A stretch of 64,000 bases of DNA from an uncultured Candidatus Entotheonella sp. (GTDB lineage Bacteria > Tectomicrobia > Entotheonellia > Entotheonellales > Entotheonellaceae): assembly GCA_965215335.1 (NCBI GenBank), contig CBDCDA010000002.1, positions 768,001 to 832,000 on the forward strand, written 5' to 3'. The notes beneath the pieces were generated by a model. It did no database searches. It was not told the DNA's origin and saw only the letters and a list, made by a program, of their open reading frames with translations. The position numbers were made by a program, and so were the translations under genes. Positions 10,408 through 22,278 of the stretch are shown piece after piece; the stretch's first letter is position 1, and each line of letters opens with the position of its first letter.

Positions 10408-11556
10408 CTACGGCATCGCGGCGCGCAGGGCCTCCACCAAGGCGTCGAGGTCGTCAGGGGCGTTGTAGACGTGCGGCGATACCCGCAATGAGGTGCCGCG
10501 CTGTGATACGTAAACCTCGCGGCGGCGGAGGCCCTCCAGGATGGCCGGTAACCGTTCGCCGTCGGGTACGCGAATGCCGAACAGGTGCGGAGAGCGCTCC
10601 GGCTCCGGCGCCATGGCGTAAGGCGTGTCCGCCAGAGCCGCTTCCACGTCGCCGCTCAAGGCGGCGCAGTAGTCCCGGATGGCCGTCGCCCCCCACGTCA
10701 GGATCTGCTTCAGCCCCTCGTTGAGCATCGCCACCAGGATGAAATTCGAGCGCTCGCCGGCGTCGAAGCGCCGAGCGCCGGGCTGGTACTCCCGCCGGTA
10801 CTGGCTCAGATTGCTGAAGTTCTCGCTGTCCTTGCGGTTGATCCAGTTGTGCTCGAAAGGCTCGCCGGCCAGCAGCCGGTCGCCGACCGCGATGAGGCCG
10901 TACTGGTATGGGCCAAGCATCCACTTGTAACCGGCGCACACCAGCAGGTCCGGCTGCAGGCGGTCAAAGTCAAAGGGCAGGGCGCCGACCGACTGGGTGC
11001 CATCGACAACGAACAGGGCGCCCACCTCGCGCGCCCGCTTTCCGATAGCTTCGAGGTCAAAGGGGGTGCCGTCCGTATAGTGGACGTCAGTGAGCGTTAC
11101 CGACGCGGTATGGCGGTCGATAGCCGCCAGGACGCGCGCGTTCCACGCTGCTGCCGACGGCGGTCCGTCGGGGCGTTCGACTAGGCGCAGTTCGGCGCCG
11201 CTGCGGTTGCAGGCGGCCATCCAACCGTAGACGTTGCTCGGAAACTCTTCCGCCGGGATGACCACATTCTGCCCGGCCTGCAGCGGCGTGTTGTGGACCG
11301 CCACGGCCACCCCGTAGCTGGCGGCGGGGACGCAGGCGACTCGGTCCCCCGAGGTGTTGACGAGACGGGCAAAACGGTTACGCAGGGTTTCGATCGGCTC
11401 GAAAAATTCCGCCCTGCCGATATCGGCGGGTGAGGCTTTCAGCCCGACAGCGGCGATACCGGCGTCCTGCGCCGATTTCAGCAGGGGCGACATGTAGGCG
11501 CAGTTCAGGTAGTGCTGAGATGCCGTCAAGGAGAAGAGATGGCGTTGGCATTGCAT
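10408..11556 (-). CDS. Class V PLP-dependent aminotransferase/lyase
   Basis: YLNCAYMSP, VDGTQSVG, AGYKWMLGP (PLP lysine), LRVSPHVYN. Confidence 0.9.
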   Translation of the reverse strand: MQCQRHLFSLTASQHYLNCAYMSPLLKSAQDAGIAAVGLKASPADIGRAEFFEPIETLRNRFARLVNTSGDRVACVPAASYGVAVAVHNTPLQAGQNVVIPAEEFPSNVYGWMAACNRSGAELRLVERPDGPPSAAAWNARVLAAIDRHTASVTLTDVHYTDGTPFDLEAIGKRAREVGALFVVDGTQSVGALPFDFDRLQPDLLVCAGYKWMLGPYQYGLIAVGDRLLAGEPFEHNWINRKDSENFSNLSQYRREYQPGARRFDAGERSNFILVAMLNEGLKQILTWGATAIRDYCAALSGDVEAALADTPYAMAPEPERSPHLFGIRVPDGERLPAILEGLRRREVYVSQRGTSLRVSPHVYNAPDDLDALVEALRAAMP

Positions 11557-11881
11557 GACGAACTCCCGTTTGGGGAACAGGTGAGAAGCGTTGTACCGCG
11601 CGCTGTCTGTCAGGCTTCTGCAAACCGGCGGCCTTCCTGGAGCGGTGCCGGACGGCGACGGTATCGAAGTATATCCACAAGGCTCGTTTGGCTCAATTAT
11701 GGCAAATCCATGTGAACGGTGTTGGCATTCCTGATAGGATGCTCGAATACCTGCCCGCTGGGGGCTCGGCGCCGGGTAATGGAAAAGGGGTGTCGCGCGA
11801 ACCGACTGCCTGCAATTGCCGGGAAGTCCTTGAACGGGCAAGATCAAGCTGTGGAAGGTGAAGGAAAAAAGGGAAAAGCCG

Positions 11882-13105
11882 ATGAAAATCAGGGACGTCA
11901 AAACCTACGTGGTAGGCAATCCGCCGCCGCACCATGGCGGTGCATACTGGGTGTTTCTGAAGCTGACGACGGACGACAACGTGGAGGGCTTTGGCGAGGC
12001 TTACGGTGTGCCGTTTCACCCCAAGATGGTGGCGCGCTTGGTCGAGGACGTGGTGCAGCGCTACGTCATCGGCGCGAGTCCGTTCCAGATCGAAAAGCTC
12101 TGGCGCGTCATCTATTCGAGCGGCTACACGCAGCACCCGGACCTGGGCCTCATGGGCGTGCTGAGCGGCATCGAAATGGCCTGCTGGGACATCGTGGGAA
12201 AGGCGCTCAACCAGCCGATCTACAACCTGCTCGGCGGCCAGGTGCACGAGAAATTGCGGTCCTACACCTATCTCTATCCCGCCCCCGCCGCTGCGGAGCC
12301 GGGCGGGACTTCGGACGCGCTTGAAGTCGCCAACATCTTCGGCGACCCGGAGCGCGCGCCGCGCCGCGCCCTGCAGTACCTTGAACAGGGCTTCACCGCC
12401 CTGAAGTTCGACCCGGTCATGCCGATGGGCGCCTTTGACCCCAGACAGCTCACGCTGGAGGTGCTCGATAATGCCGAGATGGTGGTCAAGAACATGCGGG
12501 AGGCGCTGGGGAGCAAATGCGACCTGCTCATCGGCACGCATGGCCAGATGACGACCGCCGCGGCGATTCGCTTTGCCCGCCGCCTGGAGCCGTATGAGCC
12601 GCTGTGGTTCGAGGAGCCGGTGCCGCCGGAAAACCTGAACGAGATGGCGCGTGTGGCGCATGCGACCCGCATCCCCATCGCCACCGGCGAGCGGCTGACC
12701 ACCAAGTACGAGTTCGCGCCGTTGCTCGAAAAACAGGCGGCGGCCATTCTGCAACCCGCCCTGGGGCGCGTCGGCGGCATCCTGGAAGCGAAGAAGATCG
12801 CCGGCATGGCGGAGGCGTACTATGCCCAGATTGCCCCGCACCTCTACTGCGGGCCGCTGGAAGCGGCGGCCAACATACAGATCGCCACCTGCAGCCCGAA
12901 CTTCCTGATCCAGGAGAGCATCGAAACCTTCGGCGGGTTTTACAGTGAGGTGCTACAGGAGCCCATCCAGTGGCAAGACGGCTACATCATTCCGCCCGCC
13001 AGGCCGGGTTTGGGCATCGAGTTGAACGAGGCGGTGGCTGAGCGACACGCCTACGAGGGCGGCGTATTTCCGGAACTGGTGGATACGCCGATCACTGGCT
13101 TGTAG
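11882..13105 (+). CDS. Mandelate racemase/muconate lactonising enzyme family protein
   Basis: SGIEMACWDIVGK, LLGG, KFD, WFEEP, TGE, APH, PGLGIE. Confidence 0.92.
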   Translation: MKIRDVKTYVVGNPPPHHGGAYWVFLKLTTDDNVEGFGEAYGVPFHPKMVARLVEDVVQRYVIGASPFQIEKLWRVIYSSGYTQHPDLGLMGVLSGIEMACWDIVGKALNQPIYNLLGGQVHEKLRSYTYLYPAPAAAEPGGTSDALEVANIFGDPERAPRRALQYLEQGFTALKFDPVMPMGAFDPRQLTLEVLDNAEMVVKNMREALGSKCDLLIGTHGQMTTAAAIRFARRLEPYEPLWFEEPVPPENLNEMARVAHATRIPIATGERLTTKYEFAPLLEKQAAAILQPALGRVGGILEAKKIAGMAEAYYAQIAPHLYCGPLEAAANIQIATCSPNFLIQESIETFGGFYSEVLQEPIQWQDGYIIPPARPGLGIELNEAVAERHAYEGGVFPELVDTPITGL

Positions 13106-13556
13106 GGAGCATCTGGGAAGCTGCCGCCCACAGTTCCTCGGCGTTGCGTTTCATGCGGCTCAGGAGCGCCGTCAGGCCGCGCAGGCGCAAGGGCGAGATG
13201 ACCCTGTGCAGCCCGAGCTGCTGGTAAAGGTTGGCGGGGGTGGCGACGATGGCCGCCGGCGTAGCGCCGTTCAGACCGCTGTGGAGGATGCTCGCGAAGC
13301 CGCGCACGGTGGGTGCCTCGCGGGGTACGTCGATATGGTAAATCACGCGGCCGTCCTGCAGCGAGGCGTGCAGGAAGACGGGGCTCTGGCACTCGTGCAC
13401 CTGCTCCATGGTGTCGCGCGCGTGGTGCAGTTCCTCCGGCAGATCGGGCAGGTCCATGGCGAATTCCAGGAGCAGTTCCAGGCGCTCCTCGGGCGAGGCG
13501 CCGCTGAATTCCTCGATGATGTCCTGCAGCGCCTCAGGGTATGGCGGCTCGTGCAT
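13092..13556 (-). CDS. sufE: SufE-family sulfur acceptor
   Basis: RLELLLEF, ECQSPVFL (acceptor Cys), APTVRGFASIL, ISPLRLRG. Confidence 0.88.
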   Translation of the reverse strand: MHEPPYPEALQDIIEEFSGASPEERLELLLEFAMDLPDLPEELHHARDTMEQVHECQSPVFLHASLQDGRVIYHIDVPREAPTVRGFASILHSGLNGATPAAIVATPANLYQQLGLHRVISPLRLRGLTALLSRMKRNAEELWAAASQMLPTSQ

Positions 13557-13558
13557 CG

Positions 13559-13858
13559 CTAGAAAATCCCCAGTTGGTCCTTGGCGTCTTCCGACAGCAT
13601 GTCCGGGGTCCAGGGCGGGCTCCAGACGACCTTGATGTCCACGTCCGCGACGTTTTCCAAGGTCTTCAGCTGATTGTCGATCTGCGACAGGATCATCGGA
13701 CCGGCGGGGCAGGCGGGGCTGGTCAGGGTCATGGTCAGATCGATCTTCTGGTCGCCGATCTCAAGATCGTAGATCAGCCCCATGTCAACGATGTTGAGTC
13801 CGACCTCGGGGTCGATGATCTGCTTCAGGGCTCCGTAGACGGTTTCTTGGTCAAGCAT
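13559..13858 (-). CDS. sufT: SufT/DUF59 Fe-S assembly factor
   Basis: DPEVGLNIVDMGLIY, TLTSPACP, PPWTPD. Confidence 0.9.
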   Translation of the reverse strand: MLDQETVYGALKQIIDPEVGLNIVDMGLIYDLEIGDQKIDLTMTLTSPACPAGPMILSQIDNQLKTLENVADVDIKVVWSPPWTPDMLSEDAKDQLGIF

Positions 13859-13900
13859 CCGTGCATCCTCCAGGCTGGCGGAACATTTCCTCGCGGCCGG

Positions 13901-14215
13901 TTACAGGTCGACCTCGATGCAGACGTCGTTGCCGTCGATCTTGACTTCATAGGTGTCCACCGGCTCGATGGCCGGCATGCACAGGGCGGCGCCGGTGCAG
14001 ACGTCGAAGCGCGCGCCGTGCCGCGGGCAGCTGATTTCCTTGCCGGTGAACTTGCCGTGCGCCAGGGGCGCGCCGTCGTGCGTGCACACGTCCTCGATGA
14101 CGTAGTATTCGCCCGACACGTTGAACAGCACCACCTCCAGGCCGTCCAGGTCCACCTGTTTCTTCTCGCCGGGGGCCAGTTCTCCCACTTCGCCTATCTT
14201 GACCCACTCTGCCAT
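13901..14215 (-). CDS. Rieske-type ferredoxin
   Basis: CTH...CPRHGARFD Rieske ligands; starts at MAEWVKIGEV after an AAGGGAG RBS. Confidence 0.92.
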   Translation of the reverse strand: MAEWVKIGEVGELAPGEKKQVDLDGLEVVLFNVSGEYYVIEDVCTHDGAPLAHGKFTGKEISCPRHGARFDVCTGAALCMPAIEPVDTYEVKIDGNDVCIEVDL

Positions 14216-14235
14216 GGTGTCCACTCCCTTTCGCT

Positions 14236-15564
14236 TTAGATCCTGTTCTCGATCACCAGGCGGATTTTCTCCTGCACCCCTTCCACCGGAAACTCGGTGA
14301 TCACCGTCTCGAAGAAGCCCTGGACGATCAAGCGCTGGGCGGCCTGGCGCGACAGGCCCCGGCTCATCAGGTAGAAAATCTGCTCCTCGTCCACCCGCCC
14401 GGTGGTGGAGCCGTGCTTGCAGCGCACGTCGTCGGCCTCGATTTCGAGGATGGGCAGGGCGTCGGCGCGCGCCCTCGGGCTCAGCAACAGGCTGTGGGTG
14501 GCCTGGTAGGCGTTGGCCTGCTGGGCTTCCTTGCGCAGGTGCAGGACCCCGCGAAAGACGGTGCGCGCCCGGTCGAGAATCGCGCCTTTGAACAGCAGGT
14601 CGCTTTCGGTGTGCGGCGCGGTGTGATCCTGGCGGGTCTGGTAATCCAGATGCTGGCGTCCGTCGGCAAGGGTCAGTCCGAAGAGTTTCGAGTTGCCGCC
14701 CGGCGCCCGTAGCCAGACGTCCTGCGATGTCCAGTGCAGACGGCCGCCCAGTCCTGCCGCCGCCCAGTGCAGCTGGCTGTCGGCGTCGAGCACGGCGCGC
14801 TGGTGGCTGATGCCCCACAGTCGCCGGCTCCAGTTCTGGATCTGCAAGTAGGTCGCCCGGGCGCTGCGCTTGAGATACAGCTCGACGACGCCATTGTGGA
14901 AGCCCGGCAGGTCGGCCGATTGCGAAAACTGTTCGTCTACAAAGGTCACGTCGCTCTGGGCATCGGCGATGAGCAGCAGGTGCGGCTGCACCATGCCGGA
15001 GGTCGCGGCGTGAGCGGTCAGCGCCCGCAACGGCACCTGCGCCTGAACGCCGCTGGGCACATACAGGAAGGCGCCGCCCTGCCACAGAGCGCCGTGCAGG
15101 GCCGTGAAGGCGTCGGTATCGACGGGCACGGCCTCGGTCATGAAGTACGCCTTGACGATGTCGGCATGTTGCTGCACTGCGCTGTCGAGGTCGCAGAAGA
15201 TGACGCCCTGCCGGGTCAGGTCGGCTTCCAGCGTTTGCCACAAGGCGTTACCGTCCTGGTGCACCAGGACGCCGCCGACGGTTGTTTCCGGCATGGCGAG
15301 GTGCGGCGCCATATAGGCTGGTAGCTGATTCCGTGCCGAAACCGCCTCCGTCTGGGGCGACAGGGACGAGTACTGGCCGAGGTCCAGGCCGCGCAGGTCG
15401 GTACGCCGCCATTCCTCGTCGGTATCGGTCGGCATGGTCAACTCCTGGCTGAGTTGCCAGGCAGCGCGGCGCTTGTCGCGCATCCACGCCGGTTCGTTCT
15501 TCGAGGCACTGAGCGCCTCGACCGCTTCGACGCTCAGGTCACTCGCATTCGCTACAACGGCCAC
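14236..15564 (-). CDS. sufD: Fe-S cluster assembly protein SufD
   Basis: [33 protein letters not shown] start after AGGAGGAG. Confidence 0.92.
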   Translation of the reverse strand: MAVVANASDLSVEAVEALSASKNEPAWMRDKRRAAWQLSQELTMPTDTDEEWRRTDLRGLDLGQYSSLSPQTEAVSARNQLPAYMAPHLAMPETTVGGVLVHQDGNALWQTLEADLTRQGVIFCDLDSAVQQHADIVKAYFMTEAVPVDTDAFTALHGALWQGGAFLYVPSGVQAQVPLRALTAHAATSGMVQPHLLLIADAQSDVTFVDEQFSQSADLPGFHNGVVELYLKRSARATYLQIQNWSRRLWGISHQRAVLDADSQLHWAAAGLGGRLHWTSQDVWLRAPGGNSKLFGLTLADGRQHLDYQTRQDHTAPHTESDLLFKGAILDRARTVFRGVLHLRKEAQQANAYQATHSLLLSPRARADALPILEIEADDVRCKHGSTTGRVDEEQIFYLMSRGLSRQAAQRLIVQGFFETVITEFPVEGVQEKIRLVIENRI

Positions 15565-15575
15565 GTTGCTCCTCC

Positions 15576-16997
<1,422 letters not shown>

Positions 16998-17040
16998 GAG
17001 CATCTCCTTCATGCCGTGTTCGGCGGGATGAACCGGGCCG

Positions 17041-17856
17041 CTAGGCGACCGGTTCGGCGTATTTCTCGCGGAGCCAGTCGTAGCCGCTTGCTTCCAGCTT
17101 TTCGGCCATGTCCGCTCCGCCCGATTCGACGATCTGCCCATCCAGGAGGATGTGCACGAAATGCGGCTTGATGTAGTTCAACAGGCGCTGATAGTGGGTA
17201 ATGACCAGGACGCCGAGCTCCGAGCCGGCAAGGGCGTTGACCCCTTCCGCTACCGTGCGCAGGGCATCGATGTCCAGGCCGGAGTCGGTCTCGTCGAGAA
17301 TGGCGAATTTCGGCTGCAGCATGGCCAGTTGCAAGACCTCGACGCGTTTCTTTTCCCCACCTGAGAAGCCCTCGTTCAGGTAGCGGCGCGCAAACGCCTG
17401 ATCGATGCCGAGGCCTTTCATCTTGCCGAGCAGTTCGCGCCGGAACTCGCGCATCGGCACGAGCATTCCCTGACCGGTCGTTGTCTCTTGGGGATCGACG
17501 CCGGCAGCGGCATGGCGGGCGCGGCGCACGGCGCTGACCGAGCGGCGCAGAAAATCCGCCAGGGTGACGCCGGGGATGGTGGTGGGGTATTGGAAGGCCA
17601 GGAACAGGCCGCGATGGGCGCGTTCGTCGACCGCGAGGTCGAGCAGGTCTTCATCGCCCAGCAGAATCTCGCCGGCGTCCACGCGGTACTTCTCGTTGCC
17701 CATGAGGGCGTAGGCCAGGGTGCTTTTACCCGAGCCGTTGGGTCCCATCAGGGCGTGAATCTCTCCCTGTCGAATCTTCAGGTTCAGGCCCCGCAGGATG
17801 GGCTTGTCCTCGACACTGACCTGCAGGTTCCGAATGCTCAGGTTCATGCGACTCAT
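17041..17856 (-). CDS. sufC: Fe-S cluster assembly ATPase SufC
   Basis: [40 protein letters not shown]. Confidence 0.97.
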   Translation of the reverse strand: MSRMNLSIRNLQVSVEDKPILRGLNLKIRQGEIHALMGPNGSGKSTLAYALMGNEKYRVDAGEILLGDEDLLDLAVDERAHRGLFLAFQYPTTIPGVTLADFLRRSVSAVRRARHAAAGVDPQETTTGQGMLVPMREFRRELLGKMKGLGIDQAFARRYLNEGFSGGEKKRVEVLQLAMLQPKFAILDETDSGLDIDALRTVAEGVNALAGSELGVLVITHYQRLLNYIKPHFVHILLDGQIVESGGADMAEKLEASGYDWLREKYAEPVA

Positions 17857-17900
17857 TGCTCCCTTTCACATTTTCCTTCATTTTTGCTTTTGCTGATGCA

Positions 17901-17973
17901 TCTCCCTTCTCCTTATGGAGGGGGATTTCGGCTTCCTCTCCCTCCAGGGGAGGGAGAGGGTCGGGAGGGCGTG
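17901..17973. repeat. Two purine/pyrimidine hairpins (REP-like) between sufR and sufC
   Basis: TCCCTTCTCC-TTAT-GGAGGGGGA and CCTCTCCCTCC...GGGAGGGAGAGG. Confidence 0.45.
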
Positions 17974-17983
17974 CAAACCGGCC

Positions 17984-18622
17984 CTATGCCAGTGGTTTCT
18001 TCACCTGAAACTGGCAGCCATGGTGCCCGTCAAGCTGCGATTGATACAGCGTTACCGGCGACCCCAGGGCCAATTCCATGGCTTCGATTTCCATGCCGCA
18101 AACCTCGCGGTACTCCCGGGCCAGGCCGTAATACGGGCAGCCGTACTCGGTGAGCACGAAGGCGTCGGCTTCCTCGTCCACCTTGCTGGGAATGCCGTAC
18201 ACCTTGAGCCAGGCCGCCAGGTCCTGCAAGCGTTCCTGCACCGCGATGCCGTGCATCTGCTCGGCGTAACGACGCCCCAGACGCGAACTGACCCGGCTGA
18301 GAAGTTGCTGCGCGAGGCCCGGGTCACCGAGCCGCAGCACTTCGCCGAGCAGGGCATGCGCCAAGTCCATCGAGCCGCGGGCGAAGAGCTCGTGGCCTTT
18401 GTCCGAAAGGTCGTAGACGGCGTGCGGACGGCCTCGTTTTTCGCGTACCGTGTCGGAGGCCACGAGACCGGCGGCGACCAAGGAAGTCAACTGCTGGCGC
18501 ACGGCTGTCGTGGTGACGCCCAACTCGACTTCGATTTCCTTGATGCTGCGTCTGCCCTGGCGTTGCAAGAGGCGCAGAATCTGGCCAGCCGGCGAATTGT
18601 CATGTCGTATGTCGGACAACAT
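17984..18622 (-). CDS. sufR: SufR-like HTH transcriptional regulator
   Basis: N-terminal HTH (LGVTTTAVRQQL, RGRP), C-terminal C-X12-C...C cluster ligands, first gene of the suf operon. Confidence 0.8.
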   Translation of the reverse strand: MLSDIRHDNSPAGQILRLLQRQGRRSIKEIEVELGVTTTAVRQQLTSLVAAGLVASDTVREKRGRPHAVYDLSDKGHELFARGSMDLAHALLGEVLRLGDPGLAQQLLSRVSSRLGRRYAEQMHGIAVQERLQDLAAWLKVYGIPSKVDEEADAFVLTEYGCPYYGLAREYREVCGMEIEAMELALGSPVTLYQSQLDGHHGCQFQVKKPLA

Positions 18623-18659
18623 GGCGCGGTTCCCTCAATACGAAACAATGGCACCAAGT

Positions 18660-18688
18660 ACTGTAACGGTCGTCGGTATTATTGTCAA
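18660..18688 (-). promoter_or_regulatory. Sigma70-type promoter of the suf operon
   Basis: Minus strand TTGACA (18688-18683), 17-nt spacer, TACAGT (18665-18660); 38 nt upstream of the sufR ATG. Confidence 0.7.
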
Positions 18689-18801
18689 TTTTATCTGTCA
18701 GAATTTACATTGGCCTTCGCTGGCCCGTTGGGCTATGCTTCGCCGGTGTCCGGACCTGTCTGTCTTGCTCGTTTCCACATCTCTACCGAATCCTCACAAC
18801 C

Positions 18802-21072
18802 ATGACAGTAGCCGATACCCTGAGCGATGCCCGCGACGTCCTGTTCGAGCGCTTCGGGCACCGCGATTTCCGGCCCGGTCAGACCGCCATTATCGAAACG
18901 GTGCTGGCGGGGCGCGACGTCCTGGCCGTGATGCCGACCGGCAGTGGCAAATCCCTCTGCTACCAGTTGCCGGCGGTGTTTCGGGAGGGTTGCACGCTGG
19001 TGGTGTCGCCGCTCATTGCTCTGATGAAGGATCAGGTTGACGCCTTGCAGGCGCAGGGCATTGCCGCCACGTATGTCAACAGCTCCCTGCCGCCGCACGA
19101 ACAGCAGGAACGGCTGCGAGCATGCCGGGCGGGCGTCTACGACCTGCTTTACATCGCGCCGGAGCGGTTTCGCAGCGCGCGGTTCGTGGAAGCCATTTCC
19201 CGCACGCAGGTATCGCTGTTCGCCATCGACGAAGCGCATTGCATTTCCGAGTGGGGGCACGATTTCCGCCCCGACTACCTGCGCCTGCGGGAGGCCGTGG
19301 CGCTGCCGACCCGGCCGTCGGTGCTGGCCCTCACCGCCACGGCGACGGTAGACGTGCAACAGGACATCGTGCAGCAGTTGGGCCGTCCGGGCATGCAGCC
19401 CTTCGTGTACGGCTTTGATCGCGCCAATCTGGTTTATCGGGTGCTGGCCCTGAACGGCCAGGCAGCCAAGCTGCGGGCCCTGCAGGAAGAGCTTGTCGCG
19501 CAGCAGGACGGCAGCGCGATCATCTACACTTCGACGCGCCGGGCGGCAGAGGAAGTCGCCGCGTTTCTGCAAGGGCTAGGCGCGGAGGTGCTGCTCTACC
19601 ATGCCGGGCTGTCCGATGCGGCGCGCAAGCAGGCGCAGGACGCCTTCATGGAGCGGCCAAACGGCCTGATCGTGGCGACCAACGCCTTTGGCATGGGGAT
19701 CGATAAGCCCGACGTGCGGTGCGTTGTGCATTTCAATTTGCCGCGCTCGCTGGAAGCCTATTACCAGGAAGCCGGGCGTGCGGGGCGGGACGGCACCGAG
19801 GCGCAGTGCGTGTTGCTGTTCAGCTACGGCGACGTGCGCATCCAGGAGTTTCTGGTCGAGCACAACAATCCGACGCGCGCGGTGCTTGAGCGGGTCTATG
19901 AATTGATCGCCGGCATGGGACCGTCGGGGACGGAGGTGCCATTGTCGGCCCTGTCGCGGCACCTAGGACGCGGCGGCAGCGCCATGCAACTTGGCGCGGC
20001 TGCCCGGTTGTTGGAAAAGGCCGGTCACATTGAGCAACTGACGAATTTCGAGGCCGGCGACAGCCTGCCGGCCGGCACGCCGAACACGCTGGCGCGTCTG
20101 GCCGGGGAGCCGGTGCCGCCGCATGCCCTGGTTCTGGACGATGACGCTTTACGGCGTCGCCGACAACACGAATTGGCCAAACTCCGCCGCATGGTCGGCT
20201 ACGCCAGCGCCCGTCAGTGCCGGCGGCAGAAGATATTGGGATACTTCGGCGAGACTTGGGACAAGCCGAACTGCGCCGCCTGCGATCATTGCCTGAGCGA
20301 AACGGCCCCCAAGAGCGCGGCGGCAAGTCCGGCGCGCCCCCCTTCGGAGGGCGAATGGCTGGTGATCCAGAAAATTCTCAGTTGCGTGGCCCGCATGGGC
20401 GGACGCTACGGCCGCACCCGGGTGGTTCAGGTTCTGCTGGGCTCGCGGGCCAGGGAGATTCGCGGTACGCACCTGTCGCGACTATCGACGTATGGCATTC
20501 TGAAGGGTTCGCCGCGTCCGATGATCGACGCCTACATGGATGCGTTGATCGGCGCGGACTGCATCGACGTTGCGGGGGACGAATACCCCAAGCTGAAAAT
20601 GACGGATCACGGGCAGGCGGTGATGCGCCGGCAACAGAGCGTCCGGTTACCGCTGCTGCCCGAGGCCGGGACGACATCCCATCGAGCCGCCGAACCGCCG
20701 CCTCGGCCCCGACCTGCCGGACGCGAGGGCTTCACCGGGGTGGTTCCATCGCTGACGCCAGAAGTGATCTCGGCGGCGGAGTTCCAGGCGGCCCCGCAGG
20801 CGTCGGAACCCGAGCTTGAGTGTGATCCCGTTTTGCTGCAGCGCCTGCAGGTGCGGCGCAAGGCGCTGGCGGCGGCCGAATCCCTACCGGCGTACTGCGT
20901 CGTCAACAACCGCACGCTACGGGAACTGGCGCAACGGCTACCCACCGAGCGCCATGCCCTGTTGCAGATATACGGGATCGGTGAGGAGAAGGCACGCAAG
21001 TATGGTGAGATGTTTCTGGACGAGATTCGCGCTCATCTGGCCGCTAACCGGGCGGCACGGAAGCAGGGCTGA
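18802..21072 (+). CDS. recQ: RecQ-family ATP-dependent DNA helicase
   Basis: MPTGSGKSLCYQLP, DEAHCISEWGHDFRP, QEAGRAGRDG, Zn-binding CRR...CAACDHC, RQC and HRDC-like C-terminus. Confidence 0.95.
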   Translation: MTVADTLSDARDVLFERFGHRDFRPGQTAIIETVLAGRDVLAVMPTGSGKSLCYQLPAVFREGCTLVVSPLIALMKDQVDALQAQGIAATYVNSSLPPHEQQERLRACRAGVYDLLYIAPERFRSARFVEAISRTQVSLFAIDEAHCISEWGHDFRPDYLRLREAVALPTRPSVLALTATATVDVQQDIVQQLGRPGMQPFVYGFDRANLVYRVLALNGQAAKLRALQEELVAQQDGSAIIYTSTRRAAEEVAAFLQGLGAEVLLYHAGLSDAARKQAQDAFMERPNGLIVATNAFGMGIDKPDVRCVVHFNLPRSLEAYYQEAGRAGRDGTEAQCVLLFSYGDVRIQEFLVEHNNPTRAVLERVYELIAGMGPSGTEVPLSALSRHLGRGGSAMQLGAAARLLEKAGHIEQLTNFEAGDSLPAGTPNTLARLAGEPVPPHALVLDDDALRRRRQHELAKLRRMVGYASARQCRRQKILGYFGETWDKPNCAACDHCLSETAPKSAAASPARPPSEGEWLVIQKILSCVARMGGRYGRTRVVQVLLGSRAREIRGTHLSRLSTYGILKGSPRPMIDAYMDALIGADCIDVAGDEYPKLKMTDHGQAVMRRQQSVRLPLLPEAGTTSHRAAEPPPRPRPAGREGFTGVVPSLTPEVISAAEFQAAPQASEPELECDPVLLQRLQVRRKALAAAESLPAYCVVNNRTLRELAQRLPTERHALLQIYGIGEEKARKYGEMFLDEIRAHLAANRAARKQG

Positions 21073-22080
21073 TTACAGGGTCACCACGATCTTGCCGAAA
21101 TGGGTGGCGCTTTCCATGCAGGACAGCGCTTGTCGCGCTTCCTCGAAAGGAAAGGCGCGGTCGATGACCGGCCGCAGGGTGTGCAGCGACAGGGCGCGGT
21201 TCATGGCCTCGAACATCGCCCGCGAGCCGACGTAGATGCCCTGCATGCGGATGCTCTTGCGCAGGATGGCCATGGGATCCATGGTGCCGCTGCCGGTCAG
21301 AACGCCGATGAGGCTGACCGTGCCGCCGATGCGCACGGCCTGCAGCGATTTTTCGAGCGTGCCGACGCCGCCGACTTCCACCACGTGATCCACCCCGACG
21401 CCGCCGGTCAATTCCAGCACCCGCTTTTCCCAGTCCGGCGTGGCTTTGTAGTTGATGCACTCGGCAGCCCCGAGTTGCCTGGCCCGCTCCAGCTTGGCGT
21501 CGCTGCTGGACGTGATGATGGTCTTGGCGCCCGCAAGGGCGGCGAATTGCAGCGCGAAGATCGACACTCCGCCGGTGCCGAGCACCAGGATGGTGTCGCC
21601 GGCCTGCAGGCCGCCCTTGGTCATCAACCCCTGCCAGGCGGTCACCGCCGCGCACGGCAGCGTGGCGGCTTCTTCATACGACAGATAGTCAGGTACGTGC
21701 ACCAGGCCGTCCTCGTGCAGGACGACCTGCTCCGCCAGCATGCCGTCGAGCGCCCCGCCCAGCGCCGATTCGGCATGCGCCTGCGTCGGTTCCCCGGCCA
21801 GCCAGGTCTGCATGAAAATGCCCATGACCCGGTCCCCCGGCTTGACTCGGCTGACCCCCGGGCCAACCTCGACAATTTCACCCGCCCCGTCCGACAGCGG
21901 AATCAGTGGCGTCCGCACGCCCCGGCTGCCGCCATGCTTGACCGTCATCAGATCCCGGTAATTCAGCGACGTCGCCCTGACCCGCAGCCGCGTCTGCCGC
22001 GGCTGCAAAGCCGCTTCCTGCCGTTCCGCCAGCCGCAGGTTGGCGATGCCGAACGCGTCGCGAATTTCAAAGACTCTCAT
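21073..22080 (-). CDS. NAD(P)-dependent MDR-family oxidoreductase
   Basis: SLNYRD, PLSDGAG, LPCAAVTAW, GTGGVS, HFGKIV. Confidence 0.92.
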   Translation of the reverse strand: MRVFEIRDAFGIANLRLAERQEAALQPRQTRLRVRATSLNYRDLMTVKHGGSRGVRTPLIPLSDGAGEIVEVGPGVSRVKPGDRVMGIFMQTWLAGEPTQAHAESALGGALDGMLAEQVVLHEDGLVHVPDYLSYEEAATLPCAAVTAWQGLMTKGGLQAGDTILVLGTGGVSIFALQFAALAGAKTIITSSSDAKLERARQLGAAECINYKATPDWEKRVLELTGGVGVDHVVEVGGVGTLEKSLQAVRIGGTVSLIGVLTGSGTMDPMAILRKSIRMQGIYVGSRAMFEAMNRALSLHTLRPVIDRAFPFEEARQALSCMESATHFGKIVVTL

Positions 22081-22278
22081 AAATCGGCAGCTCCTTTTGT
22101 GCCTGGATAACCCTGTTCACGTAAAGCTAAAGCGCGAATTGTGCCACAACCTCGCCGGGCGCTGCACGGCCTGTTTCTCCACCCCTGGAAATACGCCGCC
22201 CGGCAGTGTTATCCTTGGGCTGGCCGCAGGCCAGCCCATCCCAACCGATTCTCGAGACCGCCAACGAAAGCGAACACC

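Noticed and set aside
10408..11556. Class V PLP enzyme as the missing SufS
   Set aside because: It lacks the RxGHHCA catalytic Cys loop (reads VSQRGTSLRVS) and is separated from the operon by a convergent gene
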